The notes below the pieces were generated by a model that was not told the DNA's origin, did not search any database, and saw only the letters and a list, made by a program, of their open reading frames with translations. This document shows, piece after piece, positions 50,329 through 62,584 of a DNA stretch of 64,000 bases. The DNA is from Amoebophrya sp. A120 (Eukaryota > Protista > Dinoflagellata). The position numbers and the translations under genes are program-made. Within the stretch, counting starts at the first letter, position 1. Every line of letters begins with the position of its first letter. Location: positions 5,079,709 to 5,143,708 of the forward strand of contig CAJINV010000002.1 in the NCBI GenBank assembly GCA_905178155.1. The letters are read 5' to 3'.

Positions 50329-53209
50329 ATGGAGCTGCCTGCGGACGTCCCGGTCGCTGAATCCGCTGAAGATCTCACCGAGAGGACCTTGCAAAAAGCA
50401 GAGGAGACGGGGAATGAAGCGCTGATAACTGGCGAGCTAGAGACAGCGATTACTGCGTTTCGCCACGCACTGGAGCACTGTGAAAAGCTGCAGAAACTGC
50501 ATCAACGGGTGAAGACCGCCGAGGGGGCTGATGATGTAGAAGTAGTTCCGGCTCCTGCATCTACAACTTCGCAGGATAAGGACCAGGATCGTGGTTGTGC
50601 TGAGAACGAGGATGCGAGTACTGCTCTCACGTCCAAGTCCACCATCCAACAGATGAAAGAGAAGAAAACCACGATTTTAATCGCGTTGGCGAACGCGCAA
50701 CTGCAAAACGGACAGTCGTATTCCGCCTGGAAAACGGCCGGGCAAGCGGTCTTGAATTGCACGCGAAATCTATCAGAGTGCACAATTCCTTTTCCCTGGC
50801 GCTTGCCATGGAGAGTACCGAATCCACTTGCAGGTTTAAGTAGTTTTTTTCGGCACTGATGTTTCTTGCATGATGATTAAAGTTCTTTCGGGACCACGAC
50901 CCAAAACAGAACTGAAATTATCCGCGTGCCGTTCGATTTTGCCTGCGAAAGTTGCAATGGAATATGCTGCTGTTGCAATGTAAAAATGTTGGTTCCTCTG
51001 TTGCTGCGGATGCCAGAGCCAACGCGGCGCAAGCGAGGGGGAAGCCGTGGGGTTGTGCAATCTGATAGAGCCAGTCCACGTCGGAGGTGCAGAAAGCCTA
51101 CCTGTCCGAGGCCCGACTGGTCCGGGCGCGGGCGATTACGTACATGGAACGGCGGGACGAACAGTACTATGACGAGGAGAGCGAGCGGAAAAGACTGATG
51201 GCGGAAGCGGTAGCAGATTTGCAGTCGGTGCTGGCCCACGAACCGTCCAACCAGGCGGCAAAGAACGAACTGGAATTTTTGAACACGAAGTTGCTGCCTC
51301 CGGGCGGGAGGAAGAAGCAGAACGAACAGCCAGGTACTTGTGTCTACTTTTTGCGTTCTTGTCTTGCTGTAGTCAATAACGACTCGCTTTGATGAAGTAG
51401 ATGATGCACCATATGGAGGAAAGCGTCGCGCAGTGTCCTACAGTAGAGCACACGGATTTTGCGATCATATCGACGTTTTGGCAGGGTATAGATTTTGCAG
51501 CCTGCAGCGTTGCGACGCCGGTATTCACCCCGGTATTCATTTTGTGGTAGAGATGACTGTCCAAGTAGATCATCACAAAGCGATTCAGGTACTACAACTC
51601 TTCGTGGACGCGGCGGAACCACGGCAACCCGAAACAGCACGCGCAACTCCGGACGCTTGGCCCGCTCTGCCAGCAGTCACGACAACAGCTTCGCGCAATC
51701 GCAGCTGCGGAAGTACACGCATCCTGAGGACAGCGAGAACGCGATGTATTATGACAACAACTACAGCACTTCCGAGAATCAAAACGTCTCCGATCACTTC
51801 ATGGACGCGATGAGAAAGAAGGTGGATAGCAGCAGGAGAATGAGAGGAACTACTACGGGAATAAACGCGGATGCAGCTGCATCAGCAGCTGCGTCCCAGA
51901 GCAACAAGCCGTCATATAGTAACACTAATAAGCAAAAAATTTCGACAACCGTTACAAGATCTCCTTCCATGTCGGGTCGGTTTAATTTCGGCAGTACAAC
52001 AAGCCAGACGATGACGAAGGCCAATAAGGGGACAGCCGGCAGCAAAAACTCGTCTTCAACATCTTCCAGCGCAATTGCACCTACAGAGCTGCAAGCGTAT
52101 CAAATGCAAATGTGTCTGGGTCTGGAAGAGTGCAAGATTTGTCATGCATATTCCTCATGACCCATGATGCCTGTACTGCATGACCTAGCATGACAGACTT
52201 TTAGAGGGCTTGCTGATGCGACTTCCGCATGAGAAATGCCCTGCCCGTGTAGCACAAACTAGACCTTGCTGGTCATGCAATGCAAATTTGTCTAGAATCC
52301 AAAAACAGCATGACAAGTTGCAGCAACCTCCCAGACCCAGACATATTTGCAATGGATAAAGCGAATACTGGTACAACCTCCTCGCCCGACACGAAAAAAT
52401 CGCAGTACCAGAAGGCTTATCAAATGTAAAAGTGTCTGGGTCTGGAAGAATGCTACTTGTCATGCTAAATCTGAAGCATGCAAAAATCTGTGCTGCATGA
52501 TTACCAAAAGTCGCCCAGTTTTGACCAAGTCGGGATTCAGTTTCTCATTCAGGATAGGAATGAGAGAGATCGCGCAGAATCTGTCATGCTAGGTCCTGCA
52601 TTCCAGACCTCGTGGGTCATGGAAAAGCTGCATGACAAATCTGACAATCTTCCAGACCCAGACATTTTTACAATCCATAAGGCTGTGCAGCTTGCCAAAA
52701 CGTCCATGGAGTCGCAGGCTTCGAACCGCGAGTCCCTGCTCCTTGCGGCGCAACTGAATAGTACTTCATCTAGGGAACAGCCTGGAGCAGGACTGGTGGT
52801 GGAACAAAATGGACATCCATCGCAAGGGATGTCAAGCCTTGGCGGCACTAGTACTCCTGCAGCGCCTGGCATTAAAGGAGGTCAGGGTCTTCATCTGTCC
52901 GGTGCTGTAGTAGGTGGATCGACTAGTACAGCTGCAATCAATGTGACGACAAGCAATCCGAACACGACGCGACCTTCGAAAACACGGCCTGCGTCTTCGG
53001 GGACTTACTTTTCAAAGCGAACAACGTCGCGCAGGCAGGAGAAAGGTGAAGAGCAAAAAAATGGTGGTGATCAGGAGATTCTGCACATCGCCGATTACGT
53101 GCGGCACAAGTCGTCGCTTTTACGGCCGCAAAGTTCGAGCCTGGGGAAGAGCAGGAGTGAGGCGGTGCTGGGGCAATTAGCGCTCGCGAATCGACGACCG
53201 TTCTGCTGA
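50329..53209 (+). CDS. TPR-repeat protein with a long Ser/Thr-rich disordered tail
   Basis: AEETGNEALITGELETAITAFRHAL, LANAQLQNGQSYSAW, ARLVRARA...AVADLQSVLAHEPSNQAAKNEL are TPR-like; exons linked by a GT-AG intron near 51333-51588 and two family A introners. Confidence 0.75.
52098..52358. mobile_element. Introner, family A, reverse orientation relative to 20163-20424
   Basis: Family A TIRs; perfect DR aagcg. Confidence 0.93.
52418..52679. mobile_element. Introner, family A (262 bp)
   Basis: Family A TIRs; perfect DR aggct; splice gives QYQKAVQLAK. Confidence 0.93.
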
Positions 53210-54229
53210 CGTGGGGTAGCTCAGAGCGGAAGAAGGTGGAGGAGGGAAAGAATGTCGGGGAAGTATTTATTTTGCTCGAAAACGAACTACAGGTGAACAA
53301 CGAAAACGAAAAATGAATCAGTGCCGGAGCTACTTGTCGGTGCGCGAGTGGTATGTTGAAAAATCGAAATGCAATAAAAACAAGAAATCAATGTTTTGCG
53401 AACAAGATGAATCGTGATCATTTTGAATGGCTACTGGTACTAGAGTGGTGCAAGCACGGAATGAATGAGAAATAGTTTCACGACGAAATGGTGCAAAAGA
53501 AGCAAGTCCACCATCGATAGCAAGAAATTGCCCGTTAGTTTCGTTCTCCTTTCTACAAGGCGTCTCGCGGCACCATTGAAGACGCATTAAATCCACCCAT
53601 CGGACGAGGACGAGTGCTATGGGTGCAATCGGTGGCGCTCCACAGTTGTTGCTGTGTCTGTGTCTGAAGAGCTTGTGTGATCTAGCCTTTCATAGATAAG
53701 GAACGAATGACAAACAGGAATGTGCCTGTAGTATAGATCCGAAGATCTCATTACGCAATTGAAGATGTACGGAGCTCACTCACGTTCTCGCAATGAAAAA
53801 ACAAAACTGGATCACTATCAGGAATATTTGGAAAAAAAATATTTGATGCGCTCTTCAGGACCTCAGTCACGAAATTTCAATTGTATGGATGTGGTTTTGA
53901 TACCGGCCAGACTCTACGGTTCCCAAGATCCTGCAGAAATTCTTCTACATTTCTCATGGTGCGTATACGAAATGCGCTCAGCTGCCGCAGGCGCAATAAT
54001 TACCTCTCGACTGATCTTGTGAACACTACAACTACTCGACCAGGCGACCATTTTTCTTTACCCTTTGCTTGCCGCTCGCTGTCGTCGATCCGTTCCTTCC
54101 TTTGCGACCCAGCGCGTGACTATATTTTCTTTCTAAGATCATGATAATTGATAGTACTCGTTTGCGACATGAGTCCAAATCGTGAATCCTAGAACATCAA
54201 GTAGAAACTAGAAACTTCAAGCCATAGCC

Positions 54230-56875
54230 ATGTCCACCTTAGCCGCTGGCGAGGGAACCCCCAGCACCTCGGGAGGTAGTTCCGATGTGGGTGGTGCCAC
54301 CAACAGTGCGGGGAAAATTTCCAGTCCTGTGTTGCAGAGCAGCAGTACAACTAAATCTAATACCATAAATGCAAAAGAAGAAGTCCACCTCGTCCTCGAG
54401 AGCTGCAACAGCACCGGCCGCGACGTCCCCACTTCTGGAAAAGAACTTTCTCCTGTAGGATGCGACTCGCTCCCCAGCAGCAGCTCCGCACTCCTCGCCG
54501 ACATGGCAAACCGCAAAATCGCCTTGGTCCTGGGCTTCAACGGCAAGGCCTACCGCGGGCTGCAGATCAGCTACCTGGACAAGATTGAAACCATTGAAAA
54601 CGAACTGCGGAAGGCGTTTTTCGAGCTGAAGAGCATCAAGAACGAAAATGTGGAACTAACCAAATTTGACTGGTCGCGTTCCTCCCGCACCGACGCAGGC
54701 GTGTCCGCGCGGGTGATTTGCCTCGGCTGCAAGATCGGGATTCCGGTGTGGCGGGATCGGAACAATGCTAATCCGGAGACGAACGTGGTCGAGGAGAGGC
54801 TGGACTTTTTCAAAGCGAAACTAAACGAGATTTTCGACCGGGAAAACGCAAATATCCGAGTTTTCAACGTGCTCCGCGTGCCGAAACGCTTCGACGCGCA
54901 GAAGGCGGCCAGCTGGCGGGAATACAGCTACTTGCTGCCGAAAAGGGTCGTGGTGGGTGGTCTTGCAGCCGGCGGGGGTGGTCGGCTCACTGATGGGGCA
55001 ACGCGGGAGGATGCTGTCAAGAACCATACGACACCTACTTCATCCGACAACGACGTTCATACTGCAGAGCAGCTAATGTTGCAGGGAAAAGTAGAGGAAC
55101 AAGCAAATGGCAACGGTATGATGATGGCAGCGGAACAAGACCTTCCGCAGAACGTTACGACTTCTCGTACAAAAACAGAAACGACCAAGCAATCCTTTTC
55201 CACAGTCCCAGAAACGAAGAGGCAGTTTGAAAGCCGGGAAAAAACTTTGCGGCCTTTGAACGTCGACCGGCTGCAGGCGGCTTTGGATTGTTTCCTCGGC
55301 GTGCACTCGTTCCATAACTTCTGCAATTTGAAATCAAGAGATGTCAGTGGAGGAGGTGGCGGAGCGTCGCTACAACCGGCTTGTGGTGATAAAGCGGCTG
55401 TTTCTCGTCCTGCAGCAGAAGACGCTACAGAGCTTGTTGAAGGAACAGAAGAGACTAGTGCACTAGCGGGAGACGCTGCTGGAGGTCCTCCGAGCAAGAA
55501 GCGGAAAATCTTCGAGGGGAATTATAAAAACAAGGGGAATAATAAAGGCAAGAAAGGTGCCGGTAAAGGAGCGGGCAAAAAGAAGGGAAAGAAGGACAAC
55601 AACAGCTTCAAGGAACCTTCTGAGGGGCAAGAAAACAACACGACAAAAAAAGAGACGGAGGAGGAGTTAGAACTTGCGACGTCCACCTCAAATCACAAAG
55701 CTGTAGAACCCGCCGCCGCCCCGCCAACTCCAACATTATTTCAGTCCCCCAACATGGTTGACTGGGCGCGATTGGTGGTGAAAGCGACGAACGCTGCTGA
55801 TTTTGATTTACTGGAGGAAAAGTACCGGAAGCGGTCGAAAGATTTGTTTAAACACACTTTATCCACGATCTACTTCTTCAAAGTGACTGAAGAGTCGAAG
55901 GCGGAAGGGGAGGAATTCCTGGAAATTCGCGTGCGGGGACAGTTTTTCCTTTACAACCAAATTCGCCTCATGATTGGCGCCGCGGTGGCCCACGCGTTCG
56001 GGCTGTATAGCAGCGATAGTACTAGCTGTTTATCATCGTCAACAACATCCGATCCCGGTCTCGAACTGATTCGCAACGCCCTTGTCTCTCCCATTGAGTG
56101 CCAGTTTCCGCTTGCGCCCGGAGAGGGTCTGTGCCTCTACCAGGCGGGGTTTTCGCAGTTTGACGAGCGACAGGGGCGCATGGCGCTGGACAGGAAGCAA
56201 TTTGAGAAGTGCTTCGACTGCAAAGCTTCAGCATCTCCAGAAAATGGACACGCTAGTGTCCAGCCCAACCGAAAGGAAGAGCAGCAAGGTCCGCGGGATT
56301 TTTTACTGTTGCAAAACGACGGTCAGATTGCGGAGATGGACAAGTTCTACCGGGAGAAAATTCTCACCTCGATTGGCACCGAACAGTATCAGGAAATTTA
56401 CGACACTTGGGTGCTCACCAGCGGGTTGCACCGCATCGAGATTTCGGAGGAAGCCAGGCATGTACTTGCAAAGACTTCTGGTCGACAATTCTTTGCAGCC
56501 GGTAGTACTGGTACATCAACAGGATCTACTACTACTTCTTCTACTTCTTCGCGATCAGCAGGAGCAGCAACGGCAGTGACCGGTATTAAAATCACAAAAA
56601 ACGTGACAAATGCGCGTGAAATCGGATTTGAGAACTTCAGCAATTCCTCCAACAAGTACTACCAAAACTGCCTGCCCCCGAGGTTCACGAGTTCCCTGCT
56701 GATCGCCTTCCCGGAGAGGTTTCTGCCGGGGCCGAAACTGACGAACTTTCAGGTCGAATTAGTGCGGAAACTGGTGGACTTGTGGGAAAGCGGGGACACG
56801 ACGCAGGAACCCTGGAAAATGGAAACCGAGGACTTGCTGGTGTTCGTGGAAAGAAAAATGCTGGCTGGGTCGTGA
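54230..56875 (+). CDS. tRNA pseudouridine synthase, TruA/Pus1 family, intronless, 881 aa
   Basis: KIALVLGFNGKAYRGLQ, TIENEL, RSSRTDAGVSA (catalytic Asp), REYSYLLP, FLGVHSFHNF, GQFFLYNQIRLMIG, LAPGEGL. Confidence 0.93.
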   Translation: MSTLAAGEGTPSTSGGSSDVGGATNSAGKISSPVLQSSSTTKSNTINAKEEVHLVLESCNSTGRDVPTSGKELSPVGCDSLPSSSSALLADMANRKIALVLGFNGKAYRGLQISYLDKIETIENELRKAFFELKSIKNENVELTKFDWSRSSRTDAGVSARVICLGCKIGIPVWRDRNNANPETNVVEERLDFFKAKLNEIFDRENANIRVFNVLRVPKRFDAQKAASWREYSYLLPKRVVVGGLAAGGGGRLTDGATREDAVKNHTTPTSSDNDVHTAEQLMLQGKVEEQANGNGMMMAAEQDLPQNVTTSRTKTETTKQSFSTVPETKRQFESREKTLRPLNVDRLQAALDCFLGVHSFHNFCNLKSRDVSGGGGGASLQPACGDKAAVSRPAAEDATELVEGTEETSALAGDAAGGPPSKKRKIFEGNYKNKGNNKGKKGAGKGAGKKKGKKDNNSFKEPSEGQENNTTKKETEEELELATSTSNHKAVEPAAAPPTPTLFQSPNMVDWARLVVKATNAADFDLLEEKYRKRSKDLFKHTLSTIYFFKVTEESKAEGEEFLEIRVRGQFFLYNQIRLMIGAAVAHAFGLYSSDSTSCLSSSTTSDPGLELIRNALVSPIECQFPLAPGEGLCLYQAGFSQFDERQGRMALDRKQFEKCFDCKASASPENGHASVQPNRKEEQQGPRDFLLLQNDGQIAEMDKFYREKILTSIGTEQYQEIYDTWVLTSGLHRIEISEEARHVLAKTSGRQFFAAGSTGTSTGSTTTSSTSSRSAGAATAVTGIKITKNVTNAREIGFENFSNSSNKYYQNCLPPRFTSSLLIAFPERFLPGPKLTNFQVELVRKLVDLWESGDTTQEPWKMETEDLLVFVERKMLAGS

Positions 56876-57900
56876 AGAAGAAAATGAGGAAGAGGATAGC
56901 CTGAGGTTTATGGTTATGGTTTCTGTTGCTGCAATGAAATGATCGAGGAAGTGGTGGTGGGGCTAGATGAGGGTCTTCTGAACAGATGTCGATGTTTTCC
57001 CCAGTTGACGACTCAACCTCTCGATTGCGGTCCGAGGGATAAGCAATTATTTTCACGCGATAAATTTGAAAAAGCACAAACCTGAAAGAAATGTGCCCAC
57101 CGCGGCATTGGAGACCACAGGAACGCGTAAACAGACGAGAAAAGTGTTCATCTGTATATCACAGTAGTTGGGTACATCATCACCATCGACCCCGCAGTTG
57201 GGTACATCATCACCACTCAAGCGAGGCCCATGCCGAGGCATAGATCTATTTGTTGCGACGTCGTTGTTATGAGAACAATGAAACTTGTGGCTAATGACGT
57301 TGTCAGTTTGCCGACGGCAGGATACGCCTCATGAGGCGTCGCACAAAAAGATCCCGAAGATCATCCTGTGGCCCGTTTTCTGAAGATGATCCCGAACTTT
57401 CCCGTGGGAAGATCAGTCGCTGCTCACGCAGGTACTTGATACAACGAACTCCAACGACCTAGCGGTCTTTAGTAGAGTGCTTTTTTTGCAGCCGTTTTGA
57501 TGGTGGTGATCTCACTTTTATTTTGCTTGTTCTAATCCTCCCTTTTGCAAGTACTTTCTATTTTCTTTATTTTTCTTCAGGCGACACTCAAAAACAAACA
57601 AAATACTTAGATAGGAAGGAATACTTCGCGGTTTGATTTTTGACGATCATTTTGAAAATGAAAGTTTGACCCTTTTGGCTCACACAGTTTCGATAGTATT
57701 TGTAGTTCTTGCGCCGTCCCCGCCGCATTTCAGTTTTTAAGCACGTTTAGACATTTATTGATTTAAAGCTTCCTCGAATTCCTAGTCTGAGTCGCTCTTT
57801 TTGACTCGTATCCCAGCAATACGAAAACTTACGCCATGTTTCTCTACAACTAGGATATAATATTTTCTACCACGAAGCGACCAAGGAGAAGTGCGAGAAA

Positions 57901-60900
57901 ATGGGCGGAGACGGCGGTTGGGAGCCGGGCGGCGGGAAGGGCATGAAGGACGGCGGCGAGAAGGGCAAGGGAAAAGGGAAGGGCGGCATGATCACGAGCT
58001 CAAATTACGGCGTGCGGGGCGGCTTCGCCCGACGACGGGCGTTTGACCTGAACGCCGGCGCGACCAAGTTTTTGGAAAATTGGAACCTGGGGATAGCGGG
58101 CAAGGAGGTAAAATCGCAGCTGCCATTGATAACACCACACAACATGGGTATGCTACAGGACCTCCGAATTTTGGAGTCAACGAAGCGATTCTAATAGGGG
58201 ATTTTTTGTCATGGATGTTGATCGAAACGTCCTCTACGACTGACATTTACGTGAAACCCACCTGGCTACTGTGTTGCAATCGATTTTTGCATTTACACAC
58301 TTCTATGAGGACGAGCAGGTAAAGAGAAATCATAAAGTTGATCGTGCACGGCCGAAGAGGATGACAAAATTTGTCTTCATTGACTCGTTTTTTTCCTTTC
58401 ACAACCCGCGCACGAGAAGTGACACTACCGCATCTGTTACCGAGAACAGACCTACTTCGAGGGGGAGCCAGCATTTGCACGCGACAAGTGTATTGATTAC
58501 AACTTTTTGGATTTCGAATGCACTTTGCTTATCCATTTTCTACGGGTTGTCAGGCTACTCTTCTTTTCCGGAAGATATTGATATCATGCGGTGCAGCATA
58601 CACGAGGCTTTTTGAGGTATTCAGATCTACTTCAAGTAAGATCATGTGTCACAAAAAAAAACAGGGTCGTTTGCTACAATAAATCCAAAACGGCGGCGAA
58701 CGCACTGGCCTGGAACCCGACCGGCAGGAGATTATGCGTCGGGAACCACAACGGCGAGGTATCGCTCTGGAACATGGCGCAGGGCTGCAATTTCGAGATT
58801 GTGCAGCAGAGTCACACCGGCAGCATGAGGTTTGTGAAGTACGTGCAGTCGGGCCAGCTAGACGAAATTCTGTTCACAGGTACGACTAGTAGAGTGGTTT
58901 CCTTCATGACCATGAGTTTATGGGATGAAAGAAGGAAAAGAACTAAACACGGAAGTGAAACGAAAGTTGCGCGGACCTCGCTTATAGCTGCTTGTCCATC
59001 TTCTACCGAATAATTTTCATTTTCAAAACAGCGGACCAAGCGGGCGTTTTGAAGCTGTGGGACAAGAATTTCTGCAACACGGTTCGATTGCAGCCTCACG
59101 ACAATATTCCTATGCGAGATATGGGCATTGGCCCTGGGTTATCAAATGGAAGATTGTGGAGCGTGTTGTGCGACGCTTGTAATGATGCTGTTTCGCTTTG
59201 AAAAGTATGGCCGCAGACAAAGTAGTCTTCATGCGCTTGTTGATATTCACAACCACGGAACACTATGCAAAAACGCATGTTGTCGAAGAGAACCACTACA
59301 CCAACATCATGCAGTTGATCAGACGAATGTTCTTGTATCTATTTAATGTCGAACCACCTTCAGTGAAGGCTGGTCTGTCTTGGCAAAAACCCTGCATCTG
59401 CATGAGCAACCGAAAACTTCCTTTCGATACCCACTCGAAAAATTCGTCACCTGTGCCGACGAGCCCACGGTAAAAGTATGGGACTTCCGCACCCTGAAAC
59501 CCGAGAGGACGCTGCTGGGACACGGGTACTGCGCTCGGGTTGTGATTGTTCCTATTTTTGTCTACGTGAAGATTCATACTCAAAGTCAAAAGGATTGTAA
59601 TTTGTGCGGCGAGCGCTTTCCTTTGCACATCAAAGAAGTTTGATGAGTACGGGGAATTCGAGTGTGACCACGACCACGAGTCATGATCTTATTCCTATCA
59701 GGTACGACTGCCGCGCTCTGGACTGGCACCCGTGGAAGGGGTTGATCGCTACGGGCTCGAAAGATAACCAGTTGAAATTGTACGACCCGCGGCAAGAGAC
59801 CGCGATCGTGACCCTGTATCACCACAAAAACTCCATCGCCAAGATGCGGTTCCAACCCAACGGGATGGCGCTGGCGTCCGGGGGGAAGGACCAGCTGATC
59901 CACATCCTGGACATCAGGACGATGAAAATCAAGAACACCCTGAAGGGGCATTTGCGGGAGGTCACGTCCCTCACGTGGCACCCGAAATTGGACAACGTTC
60001 TCGTCTCTGCCGGCTTTGATTCCAACATTTACCACTGGGATTTGTACCACACACAGAACTACAAAGATGAAGCGGGCATCTGCCATCCGCAGCAGGTACG
60101 AAGCTTTTGATTATTAATACGTGCTGATCGTCGTGTGATATCCATAAATGTTGCACGTTCTTGGAACAAATCTTGTGAACTTGTGAATCTAAAAGTACGT
60201 ACAAAAACATTTATGCACAAAATTCAGATCGTCCGCGGCTGCCACGAGGGCGGCACCACCGCGCTCGATTTCCACCCGTTGGGCCACGTTTTAGCCTCCT
60301 CGGGCCGGGACGGCAACGTGAAGCTGTGGTGCCGGGCCAAGCCGGGCGATACCAAAAGGAAAAATCCCCCCTACCCATACTGAAAAGGTATATTTTTGGA
60401 AATTTGTGATGCTGATTTATGGTCACAAATCGCGTCTGTCTTGCAAGAAGGCAACTCCGCAGGCTCCGCCGCACTGTGCAGGCGGTTTGTCATGCTGCTG
60501 GGCCTACAGCGCGGACGTTTGTCGTGCTAAGTGCCAAGGCCAGAGCCTCTCTACTCACAGTTAGTACGGGCCTGCAGTGCCATCCAGCAAGACATCGCTG
60601 ATTTGTGTACACAGATCCAGCATCAGAAGTTTCGTCTCGATATGGAGAGGGGGGATTTTTCCTTTCGATAGGCGACGACAGCAAGCAGCAGGAGTTGGAG
60701 TTTTTCCAGCGGCAGCAGGCCGACCTGCTGGCCGGGTACGGGGGCTTCCTGAACCCCGACGGCTCGTTCGCGAAGGGGAAGGGCAAGAAGGGGAAGAAGG
60801 GCAACCAAATGCTATGCATTGCAAAAGTATCGCACTAGTATGAATTGCAATAGTACAAATTCTCTCAGCATTTTTACAAATTGAATTTTTAATGCGGATT

Positions 60901-62584
60901 CAGCTTAACAACTAGATTTGTAATGCATAACTGCAATTGCTACGAGTGCGATACTTTTGCAGAGCATAAATGTGGTCCACCAGCAACTTGGTGGACGAAT
61001 TCGACCACGGCGCGGCGGGCGAGCGGAAAGATCTGAACAGTTTGGAGTTCACGATCTGCAAGAAAAAACCTGCGTGAGTGTAACTCTGTGATGCAGAAAG
61101 TGCAAAACTGTATACACTTGTCATGCTGGAGCTGCGTTATAGGCTACTCTCATACGTCTTTCCACGTACTAGCTGGGCATGACAGGTTTATTTGTTCCCT
61201 GCATATGCAAAACGAGTTTGTGGTGCTGTTCTTCCTACAAAGCATACACTGACACAGCTTTTTTCCTGGATACACGAATCCGCCCCTGTACCGGCTGAAG
61301 GTAAACAAGAAGCGCGCGGCGGCCACCATGGTGTCCGACAGTGCCGTGTTGACCAAGGAAATCATGTTTGCCGCACCGACGCTGAAGCGGCTCAAACTGA
61401 TCGCCACCGAGAAGGACAACGCAAGAAGAAAACGAAAAGGCTCGGCCGACAGCAAGGGCTCCATATCCAGTGCAAAAATGTCTCAGTCTGGGAATAGAAC
61501 GCAGATGTTTGTTATGCGGCCTTTTCGTGACCCGCGAGGTCTACTTGAATGCAGGGGCTAGGAGAATTTTATTTTCAAGGCTCGGTGTCAATGCGTACAC
61601 TGCATGAGAAATTGCCGGTCGGCGTGGCCACAAAATGGCTACGTCTGTTGCTACTTTATGCAAAACAGGGTGTTCGGCTGTGGAGGTCTGCAGGACGCAT
61701 CACATTCCAGACCCTGACATTTTTGCGATGCATATTCAAAGGAGGACAATAATTTCGAGCAGCACAATCCGTTCATCAAAGAAGAGGAACCAGAAGACGA
61801 CGACGAGGACATGGAACTCTCGAAGGACCAGCGGATAAACCCCGCGACCGGGAAACCCTTTGGGTACGGCCTGAAGCCTCTGCCCAAGGCCTTCAGTCAG
61901 CCCGGCAAGCCAGAGGGGCTGCAGGCCAAGGCGGGCAGCATCAAGCCGGAGGAGGGGGTGGAACCCGGCGAAGAGGGTGGTGGCGCGGGTATACAGATCA
62001 AGCAGGAGCAGCCAGCGGAGGACGAAAATAATAACACTGGCGCGGCACCACCACCGTCCTCATCTTCCACCGGCCCAAACAAGGGAGGGCGAAGCCACGG
62101 CAACACGACCAGGTTTGCCACGTTGGAGGGCGACGAGCAGACCCCCTGGCGGGGGCTGAAGGTGATCAAGGGGTCCAAAGCGGGGGTGCCGCTACTGCAG
62201 TCCATGGGCGTGTTTTCTGACGCGACCATGGTTTCGGTCGAGAAAAGCGGACTTCAGCAGGCGGCAAACGAGCAAGCGTCAGGTGCGCTGAGCCTCTTCA
62301 GCCATCCGGGAGCCGCACAGGCCAAAGCGCAGCCGAGGTCCAAGGCAGCGTCGGTGATGGGAGCGGCCTCGACGAGCAGCAGTTCTTTTATCGAGAGAAT
62401 CAAACGAAGTCAGGACCTGCTCAGCAGTTTGGCCAGCGGAGTAGACCTGGCCGGCGGGCAATTCGACAGCGGCGAACAGCAAACGTCCACCAAGCCCCCC
62501 GGCACACAGATGAACCTCCTGCCGTCGTTCGACGAACTCAAGTCGTGCCTGCGGAAAAAGGGATTGAGGCGAATAAATTCGTGA
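57901..62584 (+). CDS. WDR33: pre-mRNA 3'-end processing WD40 protein WDR33/Pfs2 with a long C-terminal extension
   Basis: WNPTGRRLCVG...GEVSLWN...NFE, KFVTCADE.TVKVWDF...ERTLLGHGYD, DWHPWKGLIATGSKDN, TLYHHKN, WHP, FHPLGHVLASSG.D..VKLWCRAKPGD; four later introners link the frame to the stop at 62584. Confidence 0.9.
60350..60670. mobile_element. Introner, family B (321 bp)
   Basis: Family B TIRs; perfect DR ggcga; splice gives KPGDDSKQQ. Confidence 0.92.
60813..60968. mobile_element. Short introner
   Basis: TIR tatgcattgcaaaagtatcgcact / agtgcgatacttttgcagagcata; DR aatgc/aatgt. Confidence 0.88.
61055..61272. mobile_element. Introner, family D
   Basis: tctgcaagaaaaaa / ttttttcctggata; perfect DR cacga; splice gives EFTNPPLYRL. 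Confidence 0.85.
61464..61734. mobile_element. Introner, diverged family A
   Basis: tatccagtgcaaaaatgtc..agtctgg / ccagaccctgacatttttgcgatgcata; DR ctcca/ttcaa; splice gives KGSKEDNNFEQ. Confidence 0.85.

Noticed and set aside
3263-52592. Recurring peptides CKNVWVWK, LPDPDIF, FQTQTFL, KMSGSG as a protein family
   Set aside because: They are six-frame translations of the family A TIR.
57163-57217. 30-bp tandem duplication (agttgggtacatcatcacca)
   Set aside because: Two copies only, intergenic, no further structure.
57671-57682. Relic dinoflagellate spliced leader upstream of WDR33
   Set aside because: Only about 10 nt (ttttggctca) match, expected by chance.
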